A DNA stretch of 64,000 nucleotides from Chara braunii (taxonomy: Eukaryota; Plantae; Charophyceae): the NCBI GenBank assembly GCA_003427395.1, contig BFEA01000014.1, forward strand, positions 3,107,552-3,171,551. The letters run 5' to 3'. Within the stretch, counting starts at the first letter, position 1; the number at the start of each line of letters is the position of its first letter. Under the pieces are notes generated by a model. That model worked only from the letters and a program-made list of their open reading frames with translations, was not told where the DNA came from and ran no database searches. The position numbers and the translations under genes were made by a program. Positions 1 to 12,431 of this stretch are shown in pieces.

Positions 1-494
1 TGCCATAGGCAGACCGTCAGTCCCTGAAGTCTCCCCCTCCTGGCGTCGATCTAAGGGCACGTGTCGGGTCTGCCTCAGTCGTGTAACAACATCAGGCTCC
101 TCAAAAATAATCGACGCCTCTCTCAAACCGTACGTCCGCGGCGGATCCACTGCGCTCATCGTGGCACCGCCTGCACCCTCACGTCTGTCGTCACCGTCAC
201 CAACACTGCCACCGCCGCCACCCCCTCTACCGCCAAACCCTGCAGCTACAACATCTCGACGTCTCACGCTCATGGAAACCCCTATCAAACCTGGCTGACG
301 ACTGGCACTCGCCGTCGTCACCCGTCTCGTCTCACTCCATGGTCGATCTGTGCGACCGAACAACATGGTGTCCAGCAACTCCCGCGCACGCTGGGTAGTG
401 TCTCTCCGTCTACGGGCAACTGACCTCGGGGTGAGGCTGTCGCCCTCCCTCGGAGCTGCGCTCAAGGGTGACAAAGGGCCTGTGGCGCCTCTTG

Positions 495-630
495 ATGGCA
501 CTGCGACCGAACCTCCAGAAGGTAAGTCCCTTGCGACCCCGCCCCATGCCGCTGCGACGGAACCTCCAGAAGGTAAGCCCCCTGCAGCCCCGCCAGATGG
601 CGCTGCGACGGAACACCCTGAAGGTAAGCT
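495..630. repeat. 51-bp tandem repeat, about 2.6 copies
   Basis: The unit ATGGC(A/G)CTGCGAC(C/G)GAACCTCCAGAAGGTAAG recurs at ~495, 546 and 597. Confidence 0.8.
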
Positions 631-910
631 GGGGCTGGCTGGCCCCCAAGATAAGTCCTGCACGTGAGGCAGCTTCCCCTCCCCTAGGACTGACCTCAAA
701 ACGCGCTGGTCGATCTCCATCAAATCCCTCCTGCCGTGGTCCTCCAACTCCTCAGCGGTCATAAAACCAAAAGGGAGGCTGCCTCGAGGCGTAGCCACAT
801 GCCTAATCTCCGGCCTCGTCCGTGACGGCACAAAAGAAGGGACCGGGGGTATGCACGCGCCCCTGCCTACACGTCGCTCCTCGACCGGGCCACCGCCATG
901 TGCAGGACGC

Positions 911-3900
911 CTAAAACCCTCCAAAAACGGTGCCTGATGTGGCACCACTGGCCCCACAACAGTGCGAGCCACCAAAGTCTGTGACATGCCAACGGTCCCC
1001 GCTACGGCCCCGTCCCCCCCCGGTGGTCGGCGCTATCCCCTCCGCCTGTGCCGATGGGCGAATATCATCAACGCCCACTGACTGCTCCGTCGGTATGTCC
1101 TCCAGACCCGGGGACATATGCACGGCACCCTCGACTGAACCCGCAGGCAGAGGCACGTCCGCGACCTCTTTCAATGTCTCCTCTGGCCTCCGCTCCACGG
1201 CAGGATGCTGCGCCATCTCCGAACGTGGCTCCTCTGTCGGTGCCAACCCGCTCTCGTGCGTCTCCTGCTGGACATCCACTCCCGTACTCGAAACCTTTGC
1301 CGAAGCTGCCTCCCGCTGCGTCGTGTCGTGAACCTCTGCCGGAGTATCCGTGTAGGCAGCTGACCCCGCATCAACAGACGCCGGCGTAAATGTCCCCAGC
1401 TGCCTCTGTCGGTCCTCGGCCGCAAGACGGGCGAGCTCCTGCGTCCTGGGGTCCCTCTGTGCCATGAGGCACGCTCGACGACTATGAAGCCTATCCAGCC
1501 TCTCTGCAGATGTCTCTCCAGGGGGTGTCCGGTCCTCATCCCCCTCTGCCCCCAAGATCTTCTCTGCGCACATGGCAGGGGAGAAACTACTCGGGTCCGC
1601 GAAGCTGATCTGTCCCAATAAGTCCTGCATACCCTCACTGATGTCCCCACAGGACTCGCTCTCTCCTAGGGCCAGACCCACACTCTCTCCTGGGGGCATA
1701 CCCATATCGCCAAACTCACTGAAACCGCCTCCGCCGCCCATCGGTATCCCCTCAACCGCCGCATCAGCCTCGGCACCGCCTCCACCTTCGGCCAGCGCAC
1801 CACCATCTCCACCAACCAACCCCTGTCTGTCTCCGTCGTCACCCTGCACCGGCACAGGACCGCCCTCCAATCTGTCCTCCAATTGTTGTCTCAGGCCCCT
1901 CACCAATCTCTGCAATCGATCTGCAACGGTTGGCTGTCGATGAAGCTGGTCCATCGAAGTGGGAAGAGCAGTGGATGATGTCGTGCCAGATCGACCCAGA
2001 GGACGATGGCCAATCCCCGACTCTGCCCCCCTCGAAGGTGCAGACCCAGGATCTGTCTCCCGCTCAGTGGGAAGCGAAACGGTGGACGTAGGCCTCGGAC
2101 GCTCTAAAGGGATCCCATGACGACCCCCAGACTCCTCCTCCAAATCAACCTGAATGAAAAGGTCATCTCCGCCACTCCGTCTACGGACGTCCTCTAGGTC
2201 GCTCCACTCATCACGCTCATCCGCCGCAGGAGTGGTGCTAGCGGGGCCGGCCGACTCGTCCTCGTCCTCGTGACCCTCGGAATCACTGTCGTCTCGAGGG
2301 TACGGGTGCAATGTGGCGGCTCGAGTTCCGAAAACATCGCCCACATCACCCGGAGGAGCTCTGGACCCACATGGGTCTCGCAGCCATGAACGTCTCTGAT
2401 CCTCGACCTCCTCCCGCGTCCTACTCTCGTCCGTCCCCTTCCACGAGGGGTGAATCCCGATACCTCCCTCCATGTCCAACAACTACTCATCTAGAGTCCA
2501 CGGCAGCGCGAACCCGCGACCTGCTCGCTGATGAGATAGAAGGCGGACGTTGGCTGAGATCTCAACCAACTTCGCGACCTTCTCGAACTCAAGTCGGTTA
2601 CGCTTCTTCGTCAGTACACCCTCGTGGACGGCCCAATTCCTCTTCGCAGGAGAGGAGCACATCCACATGTACATCACACGAAGAGCAATAACCTGCAACT
2701 GCGGGGCGCACTGCCCGTACCTCGACCACCAACACCCGGAATCGTACGTCTTCGCATCGCCCCTGCACCTATGTGCATCTCTGTCTCCGTCTCTCCCCCC
2801 CCAAGCAATCGTCCCCCTCCGTGTGTGGAAGTCACGTAACTGTGCACATGCGGTCTCGTAGTCGAGGCTCGCCACACTCAACCCTGTCTGCGACAAGATG
2901 TAAGTTTCTGCCTCCCTCACCCAGCTCGCGTCATAGTCGCTGACCACGCCCTCGAAGTACCGCAAGTCCCGCCGGCTGGGACAGAGGAGGTGAGCAGCGG
3001 AGTGCGCCGGCTCCAGCATGTGAGCGCATCGAGCCTGCACCCTCTGCACAATGTAGTGTGCAAGATCTGGCGGAAGTGCACAAACCTCCTCTGCCACCTG
3101 GCGGGCCAGATCCTNCNTCCACTCAACCANCCGCGACATGTNCANCCCTCNNNGGTCCAACCTGCGCAGCAGGTCGTACACAGGCTCCATGATACGGAGC
3201 AAGATGCCCATGGAATCCCACCAACTGCCATGTCGCACCTGCCACCTGACCCACCTAGCCAAATGACGAACTGAATGGTCCCAAGGGACCATACCCCAAC
3301 TATCGCCATCCACCGTCCTCTCCAAAGCTGACCTCACTGCCAGCAAACGCTCCACCATCATGAACACGGATGCGAAACGTGTCTCGCAAGGATAGATGAG
3401 GCCCATCTGACTGCTCTCCCCCCGGAAGATATGGAGAGCGGCGCCGTGCTCCTTAATGAAGCGCACCACCGCTCTCCCCCTCACAATGATGTCCTTGGAC
3501 CACGGGCCCGAACAGCCAATGTCTGACAACATCTTGTTGCAGACATACACTGCGCATGGGAGCCACGTGATCCGTCGATGCTCCGGCCTCTGCTGGGGCC
3601 CCTGGAGCATGTTCGCCGCAGTGACGTACGCCGAGGCGGAGTCGGTGCAGATGGCATTCACCCACTTAGGGGGGAAGTCATCGAACACCTTGATCCACCG
3701 CGCCAACACATTAGGCGCCCGATCCCGCTCACCCTCCCTGTTCATCATCCAGACGAGCATCACCCCACGCGACCCGCCGGCAAGGAAGTTAACGATGGGT
3801 CTAGCATCGCGTGACTTCCTTCTGTCTGACATAATGGTGGCCCCCGTGACATAGAAAGGAGCCCTGACCTCCGCGAGATCAGCTCCCACATCGTCCGCTG

Positions 3901-4725
3901 TGTGGACAATGGTCTCTATGTCCGCGATCTCAATCTTTGAAGGCCACAACACCTTCACTGGCCCCGGCAAGTCCCTGAAGTGTCGGGCGACGTCCAACCA
4001 TGGCTCGCTTCGGAAGACGTTGAACGCCAGGCGCTGACTGTACACAAACCGCAGCCACTTCTTCTTGAACTCCATCTGCCACTTTGAAGTGAACGACTTC
4101 GTGATCGTGTTCTGTCTCATCCTCTTCTGTGCTGCGGCTGCTGCCGTCGGTCTGTCCCCCTCCTCTCTCTCCTTCCTCTTCCCCGCAGACGCACTTGCCT
4201 TAGGCGTATCCGCACCTGCCCGTGTACGAACCGACACGTGCGCCGACGCAAAGTACTGGCCCTGTTGCCCCCCCGGCTCGCTGACAACGCCCTTCCCTCG
4301 CTCCCTCCTTGACGACCCCGCCCGTGCAACCTCCTCGTCGTCGTCGCCCACATTGATCTGCTCCCCTGCGTCCCTCATCTCTCCCTCCCCCCCTCGTCCC
4401 GTTGCGGATCCACCGCAGGCGCCGCACCGTGAAGCTCCTCAAATCGCTGTATCCGCTCTAGGAACTTCTCAGACATCTTGTACTCACTGTTATAGTGGAT
4501 GTCGACAAGTGCCTCGTCTGTCACTTCCGGACATCCCTTGCCCTGGCGGAAATGGCGCGCTGCCACGAACTGGTTGCCCTGGAACTTGTGGCCGCAGAAA
4601 ACGAACTTCAACATGCGATTGCCGCGGAATCTCTCGCCGAGACTCTGTCCCACGTGGATGTACTTGTACACGCAGCACTTCTTCTGCGCCTTCAGATTCT
4701 CGTCCTCCCCCCCATCCTCAAACAC
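911..4725 (-). pseudogene. hAT transposase pseudogene: BED-like Zn finger, DUF659/RNase-H-like core, hAT dimerisation domain, low-complexity C-terminal tail
   Basis: 4375-4725 has a degenerate BED-like motif (FVFCGHKF..AARHF..CP). 2483-4378 has TIMSDxR, AICTDSAS, WLPCAV, CETRFAS and SSPAKRNW..KKRNRLEFEKVAKLV. There is a frameshift near 4378 and an in-frame TAG at 2483-2485 directly followed by the 911-2482 ORF. Confidence 0.85.
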
Positions 4726-5161
4726 CCGAGATTGACTTCGCGGCGTCGTGCCTGCTCGCCGATGGGTTCATAGAAGCGGTCCGCCCCTAGCCTGTCCCAC
4801 GAAGCCCCAACTCCCGCCGGCGTCCCTCCCCGCCGCAGGCCTCGTCGGGCCCACCCCTAGCTGCCCCCCCCCGTGTCGCCCCCCCCCCCCAAACCACCCC
4901 CCCAATGGTCTCGAATCCCCGTCGCTCGCCGGAAATGCGACACGGAATGCGCAAAGGCCGCACCCTGCAGCGTCCGTTCAAAGATATTGAACGCGCGTCC
5001 AAACAATTGAACGCGCGTTCGATAAATTGAACGTGCGTTGAATGCGCGTTCAATTTTTAGTCGCGTTGCACGCCGATGCCGTCCTCGTCGCCCGCCGCCT
5101 CGCTGTGCCGTAGACGTCCCCGCGCGCCTCCACGTCGTCGTCGCTCTCCACGCGCTGCGCC

Positions 5162-5163
<2 letters not shown>

Positions 5164-5223
<60 letters not shown>

Positions 5224-5439
5224 NNNNNNNNNNNNNNNNNNNNNNNNNNNNNNNNNNNNNNNNNNNNNNNNNNNNNNNNNNNNNNNNNNNNNNNNNNNNN
5301 NNNNNNNNNNNNNNNNNNNNNNNNNNNNNNNNNNNNNNNNNNNNNNNNNNNNNNNNNNNNNNNNNNNNNNNNNNNNNNNNNNNNNNNNNNNNNNNNNNNN
5401 NNNNNNNNNNNNNNNNNNNNNNNNNNNNNNNNNNNNNNN

Positions 5440-5486
<47 letters not shown>

Positions 5487-5505
5487 GCGTGCACACGCTA
5501 TGGCG

Positions 5506-5568
<63 letters not shown>
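5164..5568. repeat. (CT)n microsatellite with assembly gap
   Basis: Directly visible; N run at 5224-5439. Confidence 0.95.
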
Positions 5569-5571
<3 letters not shown>

Positions 5572-5959
5572 CGTGCGTTCTGTCGTTCACATGAACGTTC
5601 GACGCGCAATGCACGACTGTGTCACGTGCGAACGCTCCCCCCGCTATATATCGCCCTACGACGAAACGCGTTTTTTTTTTTTTTCTTTTCTTTTCCGGGA
5701 CCAAAACCTCCCGGCACGCTCCCCTGAACACCGCCGACACTCCAGCGCCCTCAGAGGCACCCCCCCAGCCCTGACAGACCCCTGCGCAAACGCGTGAACT
5801 GCGTCTAGGGGCGTTCATTGAATGCGCGTTCACATCGTTCAAAAACTGAACGCCAAACGGGCGTTCAATGAACGCCAAAGGCGCGTTCAATAAACGCGTG
5901 GTAACATAGCTCAGAGGGAACAACTTTCTTCGGCCAGAATAGACATCGAGCAGCAAGGA

Positions 5960-6802
5960 ATGCATCACCAGATGGGAAGACCCCCAGTGGCAACATCGGC
6001 ATCAGGAGGAAGACAAGAGGCGACAACTCCGGACATATTGACTCCACGTTCGAGAGCAAATGCCTTAGGCAAGCAAAGGCGCCTAGAAGGCAGCCCATCG
6101 GCTTCCTTCCTGAGGAATGACGAATGGATCTCTCCACCAGGATCGAAAAGCTCACAAAATGTGATTGGGGGCATATTGGGTACGAAGACAACAAGGAGAA
6201 GAACACCAGTGGCATTGCAAAGAGGTCAAATTCAAGACCTCGAGGTAAGAATCGTACCCCTGTTCTGCACCTATGCCCGCAATAGCTTCTGGATTGTATC
6301 CTTCACCAATATGGAAGGAACTCAAGCGCTAGTCAATATTGCGGTGCCTGAGCAACTGATGCCGTCGTCAATTTTGAGTCTGATTAGAACAGCAATTCGA
6401 AACAAATTTCAGTTCCGGTGGATTGGAGATGAACTGATGGTTAGGTTAATCACAGATCATCCGGATCAACGTGGAAAGAAACTGAAATTCTTCGTTCCGC
6501 TTTTTGATGCAAGATTCGAACTTGGACAGCTAGAAGCGTTGGAAACAGAAGGATTGTGATTGCTTCCGTTTATGTGGTTGGTTGAAAAACGTCGACAAGA
6601 GTTAACCAGGGTTAGAATTCCTCTACTGTGTTCCGCGGAAATTTTGGCTCAGGTGGAAGGAAGGCTGCCTAACTCAAAGAAAATGAACTCACAATTGGTT
6701 AAGAATTGTCTCACTTCTCCGTGGGAAGTGATACCTAGTGAGACCCTGCAACCAACCTCCTGTATCCAACCTTCATCAGGTGGACCGGTAGGGAATGTCT
6801 AA
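5960..6802 (+). pseudogene. LINE-A ORF1 C-terminal remnant
   Basis: Two abutting same-frame ORFs (5960-6559 and 6560-6802) are separated by a TGA. The stop overlaps the ORF2 ATG at 6795. Confidence 0.65.
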
Positions 6803-9800
6803 GTTGAACCTGACCACGTGGAACTTAAGTGGACTTTGTGATACAACGAGAAGGGATAAACGGAGTAGGTTAAAGACTTGGCTTCATGATAACAAATGTC
6901 ATATCGCTTGTTTACAGGAAACTAAACTTAACGAAGATAAGATAAACGAATTGGGCCATTGGTGGGATGGACCACAAATTTGGTCCCCCGCCAAGGGCAA
7001 CGGAGGTGGCACAACGATTTTGATCCATCGTGATGCCAATATAGAAATTATAGATTACTACCCGGATTTATGGGGGAAGTGGTGTTGGGTGAAGTTTGCT
7101 AAGGATGATGTGAAATTTGTTGTAGCCTCTATTTATGCCCCGATTGACCGGCCAGAGGGAACAACATTCTTTGATGAGTTGCTGTATGTAATTCCAGATT
7201 GCGATAGGAATGTACTAGCCGCAAATTGGAATACTTCGCTAGATTCTACTTCTTCCTTTGTATCAAATGCATGCGATAAAGATTCCTTGTTAACCCTGAT
7301 GAATGAGCTTAATTTAATTGATCCATATCGCCTGACACATCCCGACCTGCCAGGGCACACGTGGTTCTCCAATAGCAATGAGAAAACATGTATGATTGTC
7401 CGTAGACTGGACTATTTCCTCATTTCTACGCAGCTGTGGGAGGTAATAAATGAAGTAGAAGAAGTTTTTCACCCTCTCTCTGACCATAAGCCAATGTGCC
7501 TATCCCTAAACATTTCAACCCCAAATCGGGGAAAATGACTCTTCCGGTTCAATGTACAGAACCTGGAAGATCCAAGATTAGTGGAGTGGATGAGGAATTT
7601 CTGGACGTCTTGGGAAACCACGCGCCCAGACTTTCCTTCTAGAGAACAGTGGTGGAATTCGGGATCGAAATTGTTTTCGAATCTGCTGAATGTGTTTTCT
7701 AGACTCATGGCCACACACCGTACTAGAATGGGAGAAGGAATCAAGAAAAGGATAATGTACGCTGAGCAGCGCATGGCCGAGCACCCAGTCTCCAACCTGG
7801 TTTGGGGGAAGGAAATAGTAAAGTTAAAGAACGAATGGGAGGAGCTTCAGAAGAGAAATTCAGAAGTTTGGTCGGAAAGACTGATTGTCAAAGGCATAGC
7901 AGTTTATGATCGTATGACTTAAGAATTTTTTCAGAAACTACTACTGAGACGTTCATTGGTTCCAATGAGTGAACTTCAACACCCCTTCGATTCATCTGCA
8001 CCAAAAGCCAAAGAACTCACGCACCTATGTGAATATGCAGTGATCTATTATCAGGACATTTTAACGCCAAGACTGCAAGGAGCGGAAGTGGTAAATAATC
8101 TGGATGAGGAGACAGACCATTGGAACAACACGACAGTTAGAATCTCACAAACGGGTCGGCTCGACTTGGATCGTCCAATTACGACACAGGAAGCATGGGA
8201 AGCACTACAGGCTATGGCCAAAGGAAAGGCACCTGGGGATGATGGACTCCCGGTGGAACAGTACCTGGCTATTTGGAGCAAGGTGGGGGATAGTTTGGTA
8301 GAGATTTATAACGACAGTTTGATGGGGGCAAAGCTAGCAGAGAATATGCGTCATGGTGTTATATCAATAATGTTTAAAAAAGGGGACCGGGCAGAAATTG
8401 GAAATTGGAGGCCGATTTCTGTGCTAAATGTCTTCTATAAATTGCTAGCGAAAATCCTGGTTAGAAGGCTTGAAAAATATCTCCCATCACTGGTTGTTAA
8501 CGACCAAGCAGCCTTCGTACAGGGCAGATCCATTTTTGACAACATAGTCACCGCTATTGAGACATTGGAGATTGTACAGAATGACTCCCTTAACATAGCA
8601 GTTCTGCTGTTGGATTTAGAAAAGGCATATGACAGGGTAAACTGGTCGTATGTCCTTACAACGCTGAAAGTAATAGGGTTTGGGAAAAACTTATGTAAAT
8701 GGATTACTGCCATGTACACCCTTTCTACAGCATCAGTGATAATTAATGGCCATGTGTCAAAATCCTTCAGTCTTACCCGTTCGTTGCGAGAGGGATGTCC
8801 CCTTGCACCGCTATTATTTGCAGTCCAAATGGAAGTATTACTGAACAACATTCGTGCCCAAATGCGTATCAAAGGTCTCCAAATAGGTGTATCCCAATGC
8901 AAAGTCAAGGCATTGGCAGACGACCTATTTGCGATATCGGAGAATACAGTGGAATCATTGGGAGCTTTGAAACAGGAGCTCGATGTGTATTTTAATCTCT
9001 CGGAGGCTTCGGTTAATTGGCATAAGTCAGCCTATCTGCTCCCAATGGTGTACACCATTATATGTGAATGGGGAATGAAACGTGTACATGACAATCAATC
9101 TGAACGTTTCCTAGGAGTTCAAATATCACTTTTGGACTGCAATGGAGATCAAGATGATCTTCTACTGTAGAAATCAATGCATCGAATGATGACAGGGGGT
9201 AAGGCTCCTCATTTATCGTTTTTCGGCAGGGCATTGGTAGTAAATGGAGCCCTGTTCACACTGCTCTGGTTCGTGGGAACGGTGAGGGTTCTTGGTAAGC
9301 GATTGTACTCTCTAACTAAGAGAAGGGCCGCAAAGTTCATTTGGAAACCATATGCCAAGGAGGAAGAGTCTTTTATTTCAAAAGTGGCATGGGAAATGAT
9401 ATGTAACTCTAGATCTAAGGGCGGTCTGGGATTGTTAGACCGAGCAAAGCAAAATAATGCGATGCTGGTCAAGTGGTTGATTCGAGCAAGTATGGAAAAC
9501 CCAGTCCCACATTGGGTGGAAATGGCTGAGTACATCCTTGCGTCAGAATGAAACTTGGTTAGATCTCACGATGTATGGACGTGTATGATGTTATACTCAT
9601 TTCAACGCAGACAGATCAAGTCGCCTTTCTTGAAGGCCATCATCTCATCGTGGAAAAAACTCAGGCCGGATGTTTGGGTAGAACCAGTGACGAAAGCTGA
9701 GATTTTGGCCCAACCACTATTTGAGAATCCGAAAATACGCCTACCGGGCCATGATTGGATCAAAGCTGATAGCACCAGCTTTGGTCGCAAATGGATTGAG

Positions 9801-11015
9801 AAGGGCGTAATGAGAATAAACGATATCTGGGACTCTTTTCGGAGTACATGGAAGACGGAGCCAGACTTACAAGATTCTTAAGGATAGATGAGGAATGTGG
9901 CCAATAAACTTGCTATGCTGATAACGGCCATCCCTCAACACTAGAAGGAACAATTAGAACCGGCTGCGGTTGAGCCCCTGAACACATGGTTTACCTGTAA
10001 AGGGGAAGAATCCAGATTGTGAAAGTTAATAGAATACCGTCCAGATGGAAACAGAGTGTTCCAAGGTTGGGAAAATAAAGACGATAATGTACTGTTGAAA
10101 TTGGAAGACGATGAACACCCGACAGTGGGCTCTACTTTTTCTCATATCATAGTGATAGAATCAGTATCATCAGAGGGAGAGCAATTATGCACACTACCAT
10201 TGGGAGGTGTGCCCGTTGAGTCCCTGAAACTTGATCCATGTATGTGGGAATGACTTGCTATGGGCAAAGAGGGCAGCAATGTTCAACTTATGGACTATAC
10301 ACATAAAATTGGATATAAAGCGATTATTCCATCGAAAGATCCTCTAGTTGTGACCCGAACTAGATGGCAGGTAATGTTAAATGGTGATCCAAATGAGACT
10401 GGAAAAGCACTGGAGAACTGCTGGGCACAACTTAAGTTTATTCCGTGCCAACGTCAGGCTTATATTTTGTGGCTGCTTTCAATGCTGGCCACCCCCTCAG
10501 CGGTGTGGCTAGCAGAAAGACGGATGGAGGTGGACTTGAAGTGCCTGAGATGTGAATGGGCGTTCGAGTCGACAATCCATCTTTGGTGGGATTGTCCGGC
10601 TTCAGCCAAAATTTAAAAATGGTGGATAAATATTTGGAGGACCTTACCAGGCCAGGAATTGGAGTGGGACAGAACATGGACGTTGCTTGGGGGTATCCCA
10701 GATAAGCTATCCCTCACGAAGGGGTGGGGATACACAACACAGCCCACAAGGGCAGTTTTGTGCGCAGTAATTTGGCAGAATAGAAACGATCAGGTTTTCG
10801 AGGACAAGCAATGGACCAACGCACAGATTAGAAACACTGTCAAGCAAAGTCTGAGAAGAGTGATTCAAGCCGATTGGCGGAGGAATGTCGTTAAATCAAT
10901 CAACAGTGGCAGTGGTAAGCCTTGATTTCGGGAAACATGGTGCCTTAACAGTTCCTTCGTGGTGATAGACGAAGAAGGGAAGCTATCATTGGCTTCATGG
11001 CTATTCAAACAGTAG
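6795..11015 (+). pseudogene. LINE-A ORF2: APE endonuclease, reverse transcriptase, zf-RVT (many in-frame stops)
   Basis: EN motifs TWNLSGL, CLQETK, SIYAP, RRLDYFL, SDHKP. RT motifs KAPGDDG, WRPISVLN, LDLEKAYDRV, REGCPLAPLLF, LADD. Cys/His knuckle CLRC..ESTIHLWWDC. All ORF pieces are in one frame. Confidence 0.93.
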
Positions 11016-12328
11016 GATTAAGTGTTCAACCTGGGTGCTTGGTTGCTGATAGTCGCAGGAGACTGGCAGCAGGTTCAGTAAGAGGAAGGAGCGCCATGGT
11101 AATAATGCCATCCCTCTACGTCGTGTTAGACAAGTGAGGGAAGCTACTTAGGACAATGCTGGTAGTAGTTGGTAAGGAGTACTGTTAAGAGTAGATATTT
11201 GCTGGTTTGTTGTCTGAGTAATTAGAGTTAGGATTGGAGTTGTTTTTGGACTTGGAGGTTTTGTGGGTATATTTTACACCTTTTTATGTTTCCCCCTTTA
11301 TTTTGGTTTTGCTATTTCTTTTTCTTCCTTTTCTTTTTTTCCAGGGTTGGGATGAGTCAGGGCAGAGGTCTAGAATTGGTCATTCTGCTCCTGGACCACA
11401 GTGTCCCAAGGCCTGCACCTAAGTTGGGTAATGGTCCCAGTATTGTTTTTTTTTCATTCCTTCTTCGGGTTGTTGTGGAGGGTTCCCAGCCTCTGTTTTT
11501 CATCAGTGATAATAAAGAGCTGAGTTTTTTTGTGAAAAAAAAAAAAAAAAAAAAAAACTTTTTCGAGAGTGAATCTTTTTTTTTTTTTTTTTTTTTTTTT
11601 TTGAAAGGCCCTTGTGCAAGGCCTCTATCCCAGCGGTGGTAAGAGAACCACCAGGATTGAGGCTTTTTGCCTAGTGGGCCGGTCCGTCTATTGATGGGGA
11701 GCGTCACCTGCTGGAAACCGGGTCCAGCGTCCCATAAATACATCCTTGAGTACATCAATGCTTGAATGTCATCAATTGGAGCTTTTGGGGCCCTGCCAGC
11801 ATCGATTGCCCTGGGTCGCAGGGGATTAACTCTGCAGGGTTGATTTCCTTAGGAAAAGTATTAGTTCTCGGAAGCCTGGGAGAGAAAAAACAGATTGCCA
11901 TCTTGGGCCCAGGGGGGACCGGGACTCCTGGCTATCTCCCCGCCTTCCGATCGTCTCCAGCTGACTGTGTCTATTGTCAATCATAACTGTACTTAATAAG
12001 TCTGTGCTATGAAAATACTCAGGGATAGATGAGCGGATGAGCGGATGAATCCAGACGTACTTAGATGATTAGATACCGTCCCACAGACGTTCCTCCAGGG
12101 ACAGTGGATGGGGGGGGGAAGGGATCATTGAATTCTCCCACAGACTTTCCTCAAGGGACAGTGGATGGCGGGGGGGAAGGGATCATTGAATTACTGGGCA
12201 GGTCGTAGCGGCTCCCTGAGGTCCACCTTTGTCCATTCATGGAACTGCGGCGAATAATCCCTTTCCAATTCTACCCTTTGCCCCCCTCGCAGCCCTGTCG
12301 CTTCTTCCCGTTGGTGCTCCGGGTGATT

Positions 12329-12373
<45 letters not shown>

Positions 12374-12431
12374 CCCTACAGATCAGGTTCTGTTTAAGTA
12401 CAGTTGTGACCGGGTGATCTTCTTGTCGTGG

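Larger units (their letters stand above)
1..5909 (-). mobile_element. hAT-superfamily DNA transposon (DUF659 type); other end lies left of the window
   Basis: Transposase ORFs are present. The terminus reads CTATGTTACCACGCG (revcomp of 5895-5909), similar to the MITE termini CTATGTAGCA and CATGGTTACG in this window. Subterminal TTGAACGCG/CGCGTTCAA repeats cluster at ~4975-5055 and ~5790-5900. LINE ORF1 sequence follows at 5910. Confidence 0.8.
5910..11557 (+). mobile_element. LINE-A: L1/Tx1-like non-LTR retrotransposon, 5' part interrupted by hAT
   Basis: ORF1 tail, ORF2 with EN-RT-zf, a T-rich 3'UTR, and poly(A) at 11535-11557. Confidence 0.92.

Noticed and set aside
5038-5968. ORFs of poly-LS/RE/HT/VC here and at 24460-24890, 32060-32440, 41940-42270 and 49880-50530
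   Set aside because: These are translations of dinucleotide microsatellites and N-gaps.
6795-11015. Host-wide TAA/TAG=Gln genetic code
   Set aside because: LINE-A and Gypsy ORFs end in TAA/TAG and have mixed sporadic stops, including TGA at apparent Trp sites, as expected from ordinary decay.
11577-12330. Independent SINE between two poly(T) tracts
   Set aside because: It lies inside the LINE-B TSD pair and has no TSD of its own. It is best read as LINE-B 3'UTR or a 3' transduction, including a ~57-bp tandem duplication at 12080-12192.
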